In this document: in pieces, positions 19,919-29,694 of the stretch
Position numbering within the stretch: position 1 is the first letter of the stretch
Layout of the letters: each line of letters begins with the position of its first letter
DNA from: Chitinophagaceae bacterium
GTDB taxonomy: Bacteria; Bacteroidota; Bacteroidia; Chitinophagales; Chitinophagaceae
Direction of reading: 5' to 3'
Assembly: GCA_031387825.1 (NCBI GenBank)
Contig: JANNDO010000038.1
Location: 16,114 to 80,113 of the forward strand
DNA length: 64,000 bases
Translations under genes and position numbers: made by a program
The notes under the pieces: generated by a model
Databases searched by the model: none
The model's input: only the letters and a program-made list of their open reading frames with translations
What the model was told of the DNA's origin: nothing

Positions 19919-20676
19919 TGGATTATCAGATCATAGTTTCACTATTAACGCTGATTGCCTTAGAAATAATTTTAGGGATAGACAATGTAATATTCATATC
20001 TATTTTAGCAAATAAGCTACCGCTGCATCAGCAAAAAAAAGCAAGGCTCTATGGTTTAATGCTGGCCATGCTGCTCCGGCTGGTTTTATTAGCGGTTGTA
20101 TCATTAATCATGAAGCTGGATAATGATCTGTTCCGTATCCTTAACAGGGGGATATCAGTTAAAGACCTGATATTGATATTGGGAGGATTATTTTTATTGT
20201 ATAAAAGTGCCTCAGAAATTTATCATAAAATGGAAGGTGAAGAGGGAAACCAAAGCAAAAAAATTAAAGCAGTTACTTTTAGCCAGGTAATTATTCAGAT
20301 ATTGATAATGGACCTTGTTTTTTCTATTGATTCTATTATTACCGCCATAGGAATGGTTAAGGAGGTGTGGATCATGTATGTGGCCATTATTGTTACGGTT
20401 TTACTAATGCTGGTTGCTGCAGAACCTATCAGCCATTTTGTAAATAAACATCCTGCTTTTAAAATGCTGGCCCTTTCCTTTTTATTGCTGATCGGCTTTG
20501 CGTTGATAAGCGAAGGTTTTGGAGTGGAAATTCCAAAAGGATATATTTATTTTTCAATGGCATTCTCCATGCTGGTCAGTATTTTCCAGGTTCGGATGAA
20601 CAGAAATAATAAACCCGTGGTCACACACGAACACTATATTGAAGGGGAAGAAAATTTACCAAAGGATGCTTTGTAA
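19918..20676 (+). CDS. TerC family membrane protein
   Basis: LEIILGIDN, DLVFSIDSIITA and IPKGYIYF. Start overlaps the previous stop (TAATG). Confidence 0.92.
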   Translation: MDYQIIVSLLTLIALEIILGIDNVIFISILANKLPLHQQKKARLYGLMLAMLLRLVLLAVVSLIMKLDNDLFRILNRGISVKDLILILGGLFLLYKSASEIYHKMEGEEGNQSKKIKAVTFSQVIIQILIMDLVFSIDSIITAIGMVKEVWIMYVAIIVTVLLMLVAAEPISHFVNKHPAFKMLALSFLLLIGFALISEGFGVEIPKGYIYFSMAFSMLVSIFQVRMNRNNKPVVTHEHYIEGEENLPKDAL

Positions 20677-20683
20677 CAAATAA

Positions 20684-20705
20684 ACCGGAAAATGTGTTTT
20701 CCGGT
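20684..20705. terminator. Hairpin after terC (probable terminator)
   Basis: ACCGGAAAA-TGTG-TTTTCCGGT. The downstream U-tract is weak. Confidence 0.5.
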
Positions 20706-20773
20706 ATTATAAAAGAATGCCTGTATCTTTTACTTTTTATTCTTGCCTGCAGCCCATACATTTGTTCTCAGAT

Positions 20774-21406
20774 ATGAAACCTTTTGAAAAAATATTACAG
20801 GATAATAAAGACTGGGCTGCACTAATGCTGTTGGAAGACCCCCATTACTTTAAGCGCCTGGTGGAAATACAAAGCCCCGAAGTATTATGGATCGGCTGCA
20901 GCGACAGCAGGGTGCCTGCAGATAAAATTACAGGAACCGACCCGGGTGAGATTTTTGTACACCGGAATGTAGCCAATTTAGTAGTGCACACAGATCTAAA
21001 TTTATTAAGCGTATTACAATATGCGGTGGAAGTATTAAAGGTAAAACATGTGATCGTGTGTGGCCACCACAACTGCGGTGGTATCAGGGCTGCATTAAAG
21101 AATCAAAGCCTTGGGCTGATTGATAAATGGTTATGGAATATTAAAAACGTGTATAACCAGTATAAAGAGGAGATCAATACGCTTGACAGCGAAGATGACA
21201 GGGTAGACCTGTTAACCGAACTAAATGTAAAAGAACAGGTGTTGAATTTAGCCAAAACCTCTATTATACAAAAAGCCTGGAAAAACAGAAATGGCCCCGA
21301 TTTACATGGCTGGGTCTATGATCTTAGAGATGGTATTATAAACCCGGTTTATGATATGCCGTCTGGTAGTAAAATTGATGATATTTTCGAGTACGATAAT
21401 CTCTAA
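20774..21406 (+). CDS. can: Beta-class carbonic anhydrase, Can/YadF type
   Basis: WIGCSDSRVP, HRNVAN and GHHNCGG. Own promoter element TACATTTG at 20757-20764 favours ATG 20774. Confidence 0.92.
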   Translation: MKPFEKILQDNKDWAALMLLEDPHYFKRLVEIQSPEVLWIGCSDSRVPADKITGTDPGEIFVHRNVANLVVHTDLNLLSVLQYAVEVLKVKHVIVCGHHNCGGIRAALKNQSLGLIDKWLWNIKNVYNQYKEEINTLDSEDDRVDLLTELNVKEQVLNLAKTSIIQKAWKNRNGPDLHGWVYDLRDGIINPVYDMPSGSKIDDIFEYDNL

Positions 21407-21433
21407 TAAATCTTGATCTCAAAAGCTTTCAGA

Positions 21434-22198
21434 TTAAACTTTTGCCTTAAACTTATTTATGGCATGGCGGGTAAATTCGCTTAACACTAATTTACCACTT
21501 ATTGCGGCCCTTTCTTTTAATAGTTCATCCCAATGTTCTGTCCCTTTCCAGAATACTTTTTTCATTTCAGCCATGGCAACAGGATTGGAGTGTGCCAGTG
21601 TATTGGCTAAATTATAAACCGCTTCATCCATATTTTCAACACTATCATGTATCTCTGCAAAAAGGCCTTTGCGTTTTGCCCAATCAGTACTTCGCCAATT
21701 GGTTGCATCTATTGCTAATGTGCTGAATGCGGCTGTTCCTATTTTTCTTTCTACCGCCGGGCCAACCACAAAGGGCCCGATCCCTACTGCCAGTTCACTT
21801 AATTTTATTTCTGCTTTGCTGCTGGCAATAGCATAATCAACTGCCGCAGCAAGACCAACCCCACCACCGACACACCTGCCCTGGATGCGGCCAATAATAA
21901 ATTTTGGGCATTTACGCATGGCATTGATGATATTGGCAAAACCGCTAAAAAATTTTAGCCCTTCGTTTTCATTTTTGATAGAAGCCAATTCATCAAAGCT
22001 TGCACCTGAACAAAAAGTTTTTTCACCCCCGCTTTTTAATATGATCACCCGGGTATCATCATGCGTTCCGGCAAAATGAATTTCACGTGCAAGCTCTTCC
22101 AGTATCTTTCCCGGCAGCGAATTGCTTTGGGGATGAAAAAATTCGATGGTGTTGATGCCATGTTCGATATGGCTTTTTACATATTCTCCTGAGTTCAT
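21434..22198 (-). CDS. Enoyl-CoA hydratase/isomerase family protein
   Basis: FCSGASF, GRCVGGGVG and LSELAVGIGP (crotonase fold). Confidence 0.9.
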   Translation of the reverse strand: MNSGEYVKSHIEHGINTIEFFHPQSNSLPGKILEELAREIHFAGTHDDTRVIILKSGGEKTFCSGASFDELASIKNENEGLKFFSGFANIINAMRKCPKFIIGRIQGRCVGGGVGLAAAVDYAIASSKAEIKLSELAVGIGPFVVGPAVERKIGTAAFSTLAIDATNWRSTDWAKRKGLFAEIHDSVENMDEAVYNLANTLAHSNPVAMAEMKKVFWKGTEHWDELLKERAAISGKLVLSEFTRHAINKFKAKV

Positions 22199-22231
22199 AA
22201 AAATAAATTTCAGTTATAAATTTATTACAAA

Positions 22232-24304
22232 TTAAATATTGGTTTTTGCAACCATGGTTAAAATAGTCGCTATGCCGGTTATTTCATCCGTTTCATCGAT
22301 CATTTCTACCAGCCACTTTACAATTCCTTTGTCAATATCGTCTCCCCGCTTGAAATCTTCCGGATTTTCAACAATCCGTTTATCATTAAGCAGTTTTTCT
22401 TTACAGGTAAAGCGGATGTGTATTTCGGCACCGGGGTAAACTGGTTTGGTAAACCGCATTTCATCAATCCCGTAATTTAGCAGCACCGGATTTTTTTCAT
22501 AACTATCTACAAACAAACCGGCAGCAATGCTCATGATAAAATATCCATGCGCCACTTGCTGCTCAAACATGGTACCTTTAAAATCTGTTGTTTTAATATG
22601 TGCATAAAAATGATCGCCGCTGAGGTCAGCAAATTTATCAATGTCTTCCGAAGCAATACTTCTTTTTTCTGTAATAATCTGATCGCCGATCTGTAACTCT
22701 TCAAAATACTTTTTGAACGGGTGTTTGCCGGGTTCTTTTCCTGCAGCATATTGTTGATAAACATTTGTGATCGCTGTAATGGTTGTTGGTGAGCCTTGCA
22801 AAGCAGTACGTTGTAAATAATGTTTTACGCCACGTAAGCCGCCCATTTCTTCGCCTCCTCCTGCTCTTCCCGGGCCTCCGTGAATTAATAGAGGTAATGG
22901 TGATCCATGTCCCGTACTTTCTTTTGCACATTCATTATTTAGTACCAGCATTCTTCCATGATGCGTTGATGCGCCAATTACATATTGTTTTGCAATTTTA
23001 TGGTCAGCTGTAACAATGGTGGAGCATAAACTTCCCTTACCCAGTTTGCTTAAAGCTATGGCTTCATAAATATTTTTATAGGGCATGATGGTACTTACCG
23101 GGCCAAATGCCTCCACTTCATGAGCTTCTTTTGCAGCAAATGGATTTTCATTCATTAATAATACCGGCGATATGAACGCTCCTTTTTCAGCGTCAGCATC
23201 TACCACATTAACGCTGTCTAATGAGCCATAAATTATTTGTGAAGAAGCTAATAGTTTTTGTACCTGCTCTCTGACTTCGTTCCGTTGTGTTAGTCCTGCA
23301 AGGCATCCCATTCTCACTTTTTCATTTAATGGGTTACCAATAGTTGTTTGCGAAAGGGATGTTGCTATGGCTTTCCATACTTCTTCCATTTTGTTTTCGG
23401 GCACAAATATCCTGCGGATGCCGGTACAGCGTTGGCCTGCTTTCAACGTCATTTCTTTCCTTACTTCTTTTATAAAAATATCCCACTCCGGTATACCGGG
23501 CGTAACGTCTTCTCCAAGCACAATACAGTTCAGTGAATCGGCTTCCATATTAAACGGCACGTTCTCTTTTAAAATATTAGGATTGGATTTTAATAATAAT
23601 CCTGTTGCTGCAGATCCGGTAAATGTTACTACATCCTGTGAGTTTACATGATCTAACAGGTTGCCTGCGCTGCCACATATTAATTGTAGTGCTCCTTCGG
23701 GCAGAATTTTACTTGCAATTATTTCTTTCACCACCGCTTCCGTCAAATAGCTGGTAACTGTTGCCGGCTTTACAACACAGGGCATACCCGCAAGGAGGTT
23801 CACTGCAATTTTTTCAAGCATTCCCCATACAGGAAAATTAAATGCATTGATATGTACGGCAACTCCCTCTTTGGGCACAAGGATATGTGTACCCATAAAA
23901 GTATTGTTCTTGCTTAGGTTGTGGCTTTCTCCATCAATGCAAAAAACTTCATCAGGAAATTTTCTGCGCAATGATGCATTCGCAAATAAATTACCAATCC
24001 CCCCTTCTATATCTACCCAGCTATCTGCCTTTGTTGCCCCTGTTTGATAACTGACCCGGTAAAACTTATCTAAGTGATTACGCAAATGCATCGCCAGTGC
24101 TTTCAGCATATTGCCCCTTGCATGAAATGTCATTTTTCGTAAAGCGGGGTTACCAACTGATCGTCCGTATTCAAGTAATTGTTTAAAATCAAGTCCGTTG
24201 GTTGTGGCTGATCCAATTTGTTCTCCCGTTACCGCATTAAAAAGTTGTTGCCCTTCTCCGTCACCGGTTATCCATTTGCCTCCGATATAATTTTCAAGTT
24301 TCAT
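22232..24304 (-). CDS. paaZ: Bifunctional aldehyde dehydrogenase / MaoC oxepin-CoA hydrolase
   Basis: HINAFNFPVWG, FTGSA, MEADSLN, KAGQRCT and EAFGP, plus a C-terminal MaoC domain with SGDHFYAH. Confidence 0.93.
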   Translation of the reverse strand: MKLENYIGGKWITGDGEGQQLFNAVTGEQIGSATTNGLDFKQLLEYGRSVGNPALRKMTFHARGNMLKALAMHLRNHLDKFYRVSYQTGATKADSWVDIEGGIGNLFANASLRRKFPDEVFCIDGESHNLSKNNTFMGTHILVPKEGVAVHINAFNFPVWGMLEKIAVNLLAGMPCVVKPATVTSYLTEAVVKEIIASKILPEGALQLICGSAGNLLDHVNSQDVVTFTGSAATGLLLKSNPNILKENVPFNMEADSLNCIVLGEDVTPGIPEWDIFIKEVRKEMTLKAGQRCTGIRRIFVPENKMEEVWKAIATSLSQTTIGNPLNEKVRMGCLAGLTQRNEVREQVQKLLASSQIIYGSLDSVNVVDADAEKGAFISPVLLMNENPFAAKEAHEVEAFGPVSTIMPYKNIYEAIALSKLGKGSLCSTIVTADHKIAKQYVIGASTHHGRMLVLNNECAKESTGHGSPLPLLIHGGPGRAGGGEEMGGLRGVKHYLQRTALQGSPTTITAITNVYQQYAAGKEPGKHPFKKYFEELQIGDQIITEKRSIASEDIDKFADLSGDHFYAHIKTTDFKGTMFEQQVAHGYFIMSIAAGLFVDSYEKNPVLLNYGIDEMRFTKPVYPGAEIHIRFTCKEKLLNDKRIVENPEDFKRGDDIDKGIVKWLVEMIDETDEITGIATILTMVAKTNI

Positions 24305-24375
24305 TCTTCCACTGATTTGTTTGCTAAGTTAGATTAAAAACAAAAGAGGCTTTATACCCCTTACTCATAATTATT

Positions 24376-24843
24376 TTACATCAGCCCAAACTGGCGCAGG
24401 TGATGTGTTACATGTTTATAATGCAATAAAACCCATTCTTCAAAATTCAGTTCTCCAAAAACCGGGTGTACTGTTTTTTTAAGCGGGTCATTTTTAAAAT
24501 ACGCTTCAAAAAAAGCAATAGATTTTGAGAGGTTTTCTACCGCTTCTTCCATTGTAGCATATCTTAATGGCAATGGGTCGTCACCAATTACATTTGTTGG
24601 CGCCTTTGTATTTTCCCTGAATTCCTTATCACTCAAAAGGAACTCTTTATATTTTGGTAAGTGTTCCCGGGGGGTGACAAGGTCGAATTTTATCTTTTCG
24701 GTAGATACATAAAAGAACGCAGCTACATGCTCCACCATTTGCTGGCCATTCATTTTGCCCCATTTACCCATTGCAGCCGGCAATAAGTTTTTAATCAGCG
24801 GGATGTATTCTTTTGTAAGAAAATCAAGTTTAACCTGGTTCAT
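24376..24843 (-). CDS. DinB/DUF1569-like protein
   Basis: WGKM...QMVEH, HPVFG and HxxHHLRQFG. ATG 24843 preferred over the ORF-track start 24882. Confidence 0.8.
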   Translation of the reverse strand: MNQVKLDFLTKEYIPLIKNLLPAAMGKWGKMNGQQMVEHVAAFFYVSTEKIKFDLVTPREHLPKYKEFLLSDKEFRENTKAPTNVIGDDPLPLRYATMEEAVENLSKSIAFFEAYFKNDPLKKTVHPVFGELNFEEWVLLHYKHVTHHLRQFGLM

Positions 24844-24872
24844 ACTTTCAATTTTGCCACACAATGTAAAAC

Positions 24873-24903
24873 AAAAAAGCATCCGCCGGCTGACAGATGC
24901 TTT
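24873..24903 (-). terminator. Intrinsic terminator of adk containing a third copy of the palindromic repeat
   Basis: AAAGCATC/GATGCTTT stem with a T6 run on the minus strand. Inner core TCCGCCGGCTGACAGA. Confidence 0.8.
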
Positions 24904-24927
24904 GTTGTTATATTACTCGTTAAATAA

Positions 24928-25503
24928 TTATGCTCTCTTATCAATTTCGTTACACAACCTGCTAAATATTTCATCTACTGTTCCTTCTCCTTTTATTATT
25001 ACTACTTTGTCAAATTTTTTATAATAATCGGCTACTACTTCTGTCTTGGTACGGTATTCCAGTATTCTTGCCTTGATCACATTTTCGTTGTTATCATCAC
25101 TTCTTCCACTGGTTTCCCCCCTTTTTAATAATCTTTTTATAAGCTCCTCTTCGCTTACATCCAAAGCCAGCATAACGGCAATGGGGGCATTTTTTAATTT
25201 TAATAATTTGTCCAGCGCTTTTGCCTGTGCCGCTGTTCTTGGAAAACCATCAAATAAAAACCCTTTGGCACCCGGGTTATCGTCAAGTGCAGAACTTATC
25301 ATTCCAATTACCACTTCATCCGGCACCAATTGGCCCTTATCCATAAAATTCTGTGCTTCTTTACCAAGTGGGGTTTGCCGGCTTATTTCATTACGCAATA
25401 AATCACCTGTACTAAGGTGTTTTAGACCGTACTTTGCAATTAGTTTTTCGCTTTGCGTTCCTTTGCCGCTGCCGGGAGGGCCAAATAATATCAGGTTAAA
25501 CAT
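24928..25503 (-). CDS. adk: Adenylate kinase (short LID)
   Basis: GPPGSGKGTQ, HLSTGDLLR, DGFPRT and GRSDDN. Confidence 0.97.
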   Translation of the reverse strand: MFNLILFGPPGSGKGTQSEKLIAKYGLKHLSTGDLLRNEISRQTPLGKEAQNFMDKGQLVPDEVVIGMISSALDDNPGAKGFLFDGFPRTAAQAKALDKLLKLKNAPIAVMLALDVSEEELIKRLLKRGETSGRSDDNNENVIKARILEYRTKTEVVADYYKKFDKVVIIKGEGTVDEIFSRLCNEIDKRA

Positions 25504-25649
25504 ATTTACTTACTATCCGTATGAAGATAGCAAATATAACAATCGAACTTTAATTATTCATTAACATACTGATTAATCTGTTGAGAATCTTAAAATCCCG
25601 CCTTTGTGTACATTAAGAACTATTTATAACGAAATTTGTTGAATTATAT

Positions 25650-26222
25650 ATGAAGCCGCTATTTTACAGTACAGTACTTTTTGCATTGATATTATCCGGT
25701 TGTGCCGATTCCTCTGTAAACCAAAATAAAAAAACTCTTATGGACAGCAGTAAAAAAGATAACCCGGTTTATTCCACCGCCGATTCCGGAAAAGTAAATA
25801 TTGGCAATGAAGAATGGAAAAAAATATTGCCTGCAGATGTTTATAATATTGCCCGTGAAAAAGGAACGGAAAGGGCGTTTACCGGAAAATACTGGGATCA
25901 TAAGGAAGGAGGAACTTATTATTGCGCCGCCTGCGGCAACCCGTTGTTCAACAGCAATGGTAAATTTGAAAGCAACTGCGGCTGGCCAAGTTTTTTTGAA
26001 CCTATCAGCAAAGGAAGCATAATTTATGCCCCGGATAATACATATGGTATGAAACGTACCGAGGTAATGTGTGGCAGGTGTAAAGCTCATTTGGGGCATG
26101 TTTTTGAAGATGGGCCGCCACCAACAGGCTTGCGCTACTGTATTAACTCCGTGATCCTTAATTTTGAGAAAGCAAAAGATGCCGCCAGGAGTTTTGAAGA
26201 AAAAAATGATGTAAAAAAATAA
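25650..26222 (+). CDS. msrB: Peptide methionine-R-sulfoxide reductase, lipoprotein form
   Basis: Lipobox LSGC. CAAC, CGWPSF, CGRC, HLGHVF and RYCINS. Confidence 0.95.
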   Translation: MKPLFYSTVLFALILSGCADSSVNQNKKTLMDSSKKDNPVYSTADSGKVNIGNEEWKKILPADVYNIAREKGTERAFTGKYWDHKEGGTYYCAACGNPLFNSNGKFESNCGWPSFFEPISKGSIIYAPDNTYGMKRTEVMCGRCKAHLGHVFEDGPPPTGLRYCINSVILNFEKAKDAARSFEEKNDVKK

Positions 26223-26301
26223 CACCCCTTCTGCCGTCTGTATATTTCATTTGCATCATCGCATTTTTTTTTGCACCTTCATTGTTCAATTCTTCTCAAC
26301 A

Positions 26302-29300
26302 ATGAAAAAACTAATTGCTGCTTTAATAAGCCTCGTGCTTATTTTTTCTTTTAATGCAACGCATGCACAAAAGCTCTCTCTTTCACAGTTTAAAAATTTA
26401 AAACCCCGCAATATCGGCCCGGCAGGCATGAGTGGCCGTATCACGACGATTGATGCCGTGGTTTCCAATCCCAATATCTTTTATGTTGGTGCTGCAAGCG
26501 GCGGTGTATGGAAAACCGAAAATAGTGGCCATTCCTGGAAGCCCGTTTTTGATGACCAGCCAATACAAAATATTGGAGCCATTGCCATTCAGCAATCCAA
26601 TCCTTCGGTTGTTTGGGTAGGTACCGGAGAGGGTAATCCAAGAAATTCGCTTAACCTGGGTGGAGGTATTTATAAAAGCCTGGATGCCGGAAAAAGCTGG
26701 AAAAAAATGGGCCTCGATAAAACCATTTGCATTCACCGGGTAGTTATTGACCCAGTAAATCCCAATACGGTTTATGCAGCAGCAATAGGAAACCCGTATG
26801 CAGAACATCCTGACCGTGGTGTTTTTAAAACAACAGATGGCGGAGAAACATGGAATAAAATTTTATATACCAATGATACAACCGGCTGTGCTGATTTAAT
26901 AATGGATCCATCAAACCCGAATAAATTGATTGCCGCCATGTGGCAGTTCAGAAGAACACCATGGAATTTAAAAAGCGGTGGTAAAGGAAGCGGCTTGTTT
27001 ATAACTGTTGATGGCGGTAAAAACTGGAAGCAGTTAACAAAAGATGATGGAATGCCTGAAGGGCAACTCGGAAGGATCGGGGTTGCTTTCAGCCGCAGCA
27101 TGCCCACAAGAGTTTATGCAAAAGTGGAAGCAACAAAAAACGGTTTGTATAAAAGTGATGATGGTGGTTTTAAATGGACACTGGTAAACAGTAATGCTTC
27201 AGAAATAACTGACCGTCCTTTTTATTACCAGGAAATTTATGTAGATCCTAAAAATGAAAACCGGATCTATGATGTTCACTCAACTATTACTTTCAGCGAG
27301 GATGGAGGTAAATCATTTTCAACTATGATCCCTTATTCCGGTATTCATCCAGATCACCATGCCTGGTGGATAAATCCCGAAGACCCAAACCATATCATTG
27401 AAGGTAACGACGGGGGTATTGGCATTTCAAGAGACCGTGGCAAAACCTGGGTATTTGATGAAAAGATTCCGGTGGGTCAGTTCTATCATGTAAATGTTGA
27501 TAATGAACTACCCTACAATGTAATGGGTGGTATGCAGGATAACGGAAGCTGGCTTGGCCCGGCATATACCTGGACAAACGGTGGTATCAGAAATTATTAC
27601 TGGAGCAATGTGGGTGGTGGCGATGGTTTTGATGTAGTGTCTGATCCCGAAGATGCCGGTTGGGTATATAGTATGAGCCAGGGAGGAAGCGTAGGAAGAA
27701 GAAACTGGAAAACCGGTGAGGGATGGTTCATCAGGCCGCCGGCGCTTGATCCTAATATAAAATTGCGCTTTAACTGGAACTCGGCCATAGCGCTTGATCC
27801 CTTTGATACAAAAACCGTTTACTATGGCAGCCAGTATTTACATAAGAGTACCGATAAAGGTGTAAGCTGGGATATCATATCTCCTGATCTTACATCAAAT
27901 GATACAGTAAAAATTGCTGCCTATCAAAATACGGGTGGATTAACATTGGATATTACCGGCGCAGAAACACACTGCAGTATTCTTGCCATTGAACCATCAA
28001 AAAAAGAAAAGGGAACCATTTGGGTAAGTACAGATGATGGCAATGTGCAGCTGACAAGAGATGGAGGTAAAACCTGGACAGACTTTTATGGAAAAATTTC
28101 CGGAATGCCGGTTGGCTGCTGGATACCACAGGTAAAAGCATCGGTATTTAACGCCGGAGAAGTTTTTGTTGTTGCCAACGATTACCGCCGAGGTGATATG
28201 AAGCCTTATATTTTCCGTACCACAGATTATGGAAAAACCTGGACAAGAATGATTGATGAAAATAAAGTGAAGGGATATGCATTATGTGTGCTGCAGGATC
28301 CGGCGGAGCCCAATTTAATTTTTGTTGGAACAGAAAACGGGCTTTGGATAAGTTTGGATAATGGAAATTCTTTTGAGCAGTTTAAAAATGATTACCCTTC
28401 TGTTTCCACATATGATTTTGCAATTCAGGAACGTGAAGCTGACCTGGTGATTGCAACATTTGGCCGTGCATTATGGGTGTTGGATGATATAAGACCCTTA
28501 AGAAAAGCGGCAGCAAATAAAGGAATCAGGTTTACAAGCCCTGTTACTGTTTTTACCGCACCCGATGCTTACCAGGCACAATATAAAGCAGCAACAGGAT
28601 ATGAATGGAGCACTTATGGATTGTATGATGCAGAAAACAAAAGGCGTGGTGCTGCAGTTTCTTTTTTTATCAATAAACCAAAGCAGGATACCGCAGCAAA
28701 ACAACCGCCTGCTACTGCGCCTGTCGAACAAACCGCTCCGGTTGCAGGACAACAGGGCGGCGGAAACCGTGGCGGACGTGGTGGGTCCGGGCAGGGTGGC
28801 CAGGGCGGTGGCAGAAGAACTGACAGTGCAATGGTAAGAATATATAACTCCAACAATGAATTAATAAGAACATTGCGCTGGGCAGTTGATACCGGTTTCA
28901 ACAAAATGTATTGGGGTATGGAAGAAAAGGGGTTTCGTCAACCCGGTTCAACAAAACCTTTGCCTGGTGCACAGGAACCCGGTGGCTCACAGGTATTACC
29001 CGGTACCTATAAGCTGGTTATGACTTATGCAAGAACTTCCGATTCAACTTTTATAACCATAAAAGATGATCCAAGGTTGGGTAACCGTAATGATATAAAG
29101 TTAGCACAACGTAAAATGTATGACAGGTTAAGAAAATCTTCAGATAAATTAACAACAGGAATGGATCAGCTTACAGAAAGTGAAGAAGTGTTAACCAAAA
29201 TGCAATCGCAGTTAAAGGGCCTTGAAGGAAAAGAGCTTGACTCTTTGAGGAAAACAACAACAAAACTTCAGGATGAAATAAAAAACATTCGTGAATTGAT

Positions 29301-29571
29301 TTCCGGAAAAACAAGCGATAAGCAGGGTATATCAAGAAGTCCGTTCGAAATAACTGTAATGACGGCTTTGCAAACAGCACAGCAATCTATAGGCAGTAAA
29401 ATGGTGGCCCCCGGCCCGCAGGTGGTGATATTGGTAGAGAATGCAGAAAAGGCGATAAAGGATATCCTTGAAAAAATAAATAATTTCTATAGCAATAAAT
29501 GGACTGCTTACAGGCAGCAGGTGGAAGGAACAAAAGTAAATTTGTTTAAGGAGTATAAAGCAATAGAATAA
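26302..29571 (+). CDS. Secreted BNR/Asp-box repeat (VPS10/sortilin-like) beta-propeller protein
   Basis: Signal peptide MKKLIAAL, IGPAGMSGR, many SxDxGxxW Asp-boxes, and C-terminal helical region. ATG 26302 preferred. Confidence 0.88.
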   Translation: MKKLIAALISLVLIFSFNATHAQKLSLSQFKNLKPRNIGPAGMSGRITTIDAVVSNPNIFYVGAASGGVWKTENSGHSWKPVFDDQPIQNIGAIAIQQSNPSVVWVGTGEGNPRNSLNLGGGIYKSLDAGKSWKKMGLDKTICIHRVVIDPVNPNTVYAAAIGNPYAEHPDRGVFKTTDGGETWNKILYTNDTTGCADLIMDPSNPNKLIAAMWQFRRTPWNLKSGGKGSGLFITVDGGKNWKQLTKDDGMPEGQLGRIGVAFSRSMPTRVYAKVEATKNGLYKSDDGGFKWTLVNSNASEITDRPFYYQEIYVDPKNENRIYDVHSTITFSEDGGKSFSTMIPYSGIHPDHHAWWINPEDPNHIIEGNDGGIGISRDRGKTWVFDEKIPVGQFYHVNVDNELPYNVMGGMQDNGSWLGPAYTWTNGGIRNYYWSNVGGGDGFDVVSDPEDAGWVYSMSQGGSVGRRNWKTGEGWFIRPPALDPNIKLRFNWNSAIALDPFDTKTVYYGSQYLHKSTDKGVSWDIISPDLTSNDTVKIAAYQNTGGLTLDITGAETHCSILAIEPSKKEKGTIWVSTDDGNVQLTRDGGKTWTDFYGKISGMPVGCWIPQVKASVFNAGEVFVVANDYRRGDMKPYIFRTTDYGKTWTRMIDENKVKGYALCVLQDPAEPNLIFVGTENGLWISLDNGNSFEQFKNDYPSVSTYDFAIQEREADLVIATFGRALWVLDDIRPLRKAAANKGIRFTSPVTVFTAPDAYQAQYKAATGYEWSTYGLYDAENKRRGAAVSFFINKPKQDTAAKQPPATAPVEQTAPVAGQQGGGNRGGRGGSGQGGQGGGRRTDSAMVRIYNSNNELIRTLRWAVDTGFNKMYWGMEEKGFRQPGSTKPLPGAQEPGGSQVLPGTYKLVMTYARTSDSTFITIKDDPRLGNRNDIKLAQRKMYDRLRKSSDKLTTGMDQLTESEEVLTKMQSQLKGLEGKELDSLRKTTTKLQDEIKNIRELISGKTSDKQGISRSPFEITVMTALQTAQQSIGSKMVAPGPQVVILVENAEKAIKDILEKINNFYSNKWTAYRQQVEGTKVNLFKEYKAIE

Positions 29572-29596
29572 ACTGAATTGGCTTAAGTATTTTTTG

Positions 29597-29628
29597 AAAG
29601 CAGCTTTGATTTGGCTGCTTTTTGTTTT
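29597..29628 (+). terminator. Intrinsic terminator
   Basis: AAAGCAGC ... GCTGCTTT followed by TTGTTTT. Confidence 0.75.
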
Positions 29629-29694
29629 ACATTTATACATCCGTTCCTCTTTGAACATGCAGCCTCGTCTTATACTTTATTAAATTAGTTAAGG

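Noticed and set aside
22079-22094. parS-like AATTTCACGTGCAAGC
   Set aside because: Four mismatches to the consensus and inside a coding region.
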